The translations under genes and the position numbers were made by a program. A stretch of DNA of 64,000 nucleotides from NCBI GenBank assembly GCA_964016885.1, contig OZ024743.1, positions 261,268,001 through 261,332,000 on the forward strand, in the 5' to 3' direction. The first letter of the stretch is position 1; each line of letters begins with the position of its first letter. Below are positions 62,924-64,000 of the stretch, piece by piece. The notes below the pieces were generated by a model, which was not told where the DNA came from, searched no databases, and saw only the letters and a program-made list of their open reading frames with translations. This DNA is from Eledone cirrhosa. Taxonomy: Eukaryota.

Positions 62924-63750
62924 ATAACTTTGAAAGGTTTCGGCCAGTATTGGCCCAGGCCATGTCTAACTTAATAGCACCACCTGGCGAAGTCTTACAA
63001 ATCAGTGTTTGGGCACCATGGCCCACTCGAGCAGAGAGTTATTGTTCACGGAGGCATATCCGGGTGTAGGAGGCTTATCCAGGATTTCTTGAAGGAATTT
63101 ATCCAACGAACTCTTGAACTTGATGGGGTCTGTCTCTGCTTTGATGTGTTTTGGTGTAATGTTAAAGAGTGCAGGGCCAATTGAGGTGAAATAATTGTGC
63201 CGTATTGTTATGTGATGCGAGTGGGATTTTTGTCACGGGCAGATAGCACGGGGCCCAAGCCTTGGTTGTACACTAAAGGTGATGCCAACATCATTTGGGC
63301 TAAGCTGATGGAATATTTTCCACATCATACAAGTAATGTATCGCTCACGGCGACGTTGAAGAGAATAAAGCCTGTCATGCCAACTATCTTTTTTGTAATT
63401 GACCTTTGGGGTGCTTCAACTTCCATGATACTTTGTTTCGTGTGGGGTGACCACAGTGGACAACAGTATTCAAGGTGGGGTCGGGCAAAAGTGGAGAAGA
63501 GAAGGACAACAGTGTGAATATCTCTCAACTGGAAAGTTCTGAGAATCCAGGAACACATTCTGTGGACCATATCAACTTTGCTGTTTATATGAGTGGCCCA
63601 GCTTATTTTGTTGTCCACAATTACTCCCAGGTGTCTGATGTTATTGGAAGCCACTAGAGTTTCACCCGAAGGAAGAGAGTATGGTAGTTTCAGGGCATCC
63701 TTTTTTCCAAAGTGGATTAGTTCAAATTTATCCTCATTCAAATTTAGCAC
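62924..63750 (-). mobile_element. CR1-group LINE 3' portion (end of RT, thumb, C-terminus, 3' UTR)
   Basis: LNEDKFELIHFG...IRHLGVIVDNKISWATHI...RPHLEYCCPLWSPH...QRSIT; downstream frames are broken. Confidence 0.85.
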
Positions 63751-63922
63751 TCACTGTAAATGAGGTTGGTGTTAGGAAGGGCATCCAGCTGTAGAAATCA
63801 AGCCAGATCAGTTCCTGTATGAGCAAGGCATGGTCAGCCGACCAGACACTGCACACAACAGGACAACCCGTCTAACCCATGCTCGTGTGGAAGAACGGAC
63901 GTAAAACGGTGATGATGATGAT
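63750..63922 (+). mobile_element. SINE 3' part with (GAT)n tail
   Basis: cactcactgtaaatgaggttggtgttaggaagggcatccagctgtagaaatcaagccaga matches the body of the 32234 SINE. Confidence 0.75.
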
Positions 63923-64000
63923 TCAACAGCATATTATTCATCTCTGCCCATTGGATAACAACCAGTAGGTCTGACTGAAGACAAGTCCGGTCACCCACCT

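Overview
Eukaryotic, AT-rich, repeat-dense animal DNA. The SINE/LINE repertoire and (TA)n seas look octopus/cephalopod-like (inference). The only host gene supported is the 3' end of a synaptojanin-like gene on the + strand: 7 phase-consistent GT-AG exons from 2137 to 26256, with a proline-rich tail and an unexpected CRIB-like motif. One intron holds a ~14.3-kb 18-bp minisatellite that produces the spurious 4821-aa ORF. The rest is Tx1/L1-, RTE- and CR1-type LINE remnants, tRNA-derived SINEs, a hAT MITE and ~25 kb of TA/TATG microsatellite with a 200-N gap. The most interesting signal is a set of short non-coding modules embedded in (TA)n. They carry type-I hammerhead ribozyme folds (clear at 22920, 22758, 61334 and 62729; degenerate or partial at 28615, 32189, 40502 and 56677), often as fold-back palindromes, and share a TTGAGT(G/A/T)C tail motif. 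One lies next to a Penelope-like endonuclease C-terminus. Three nested insertion clusters are bracketed by inverted copies of flanking DNA.
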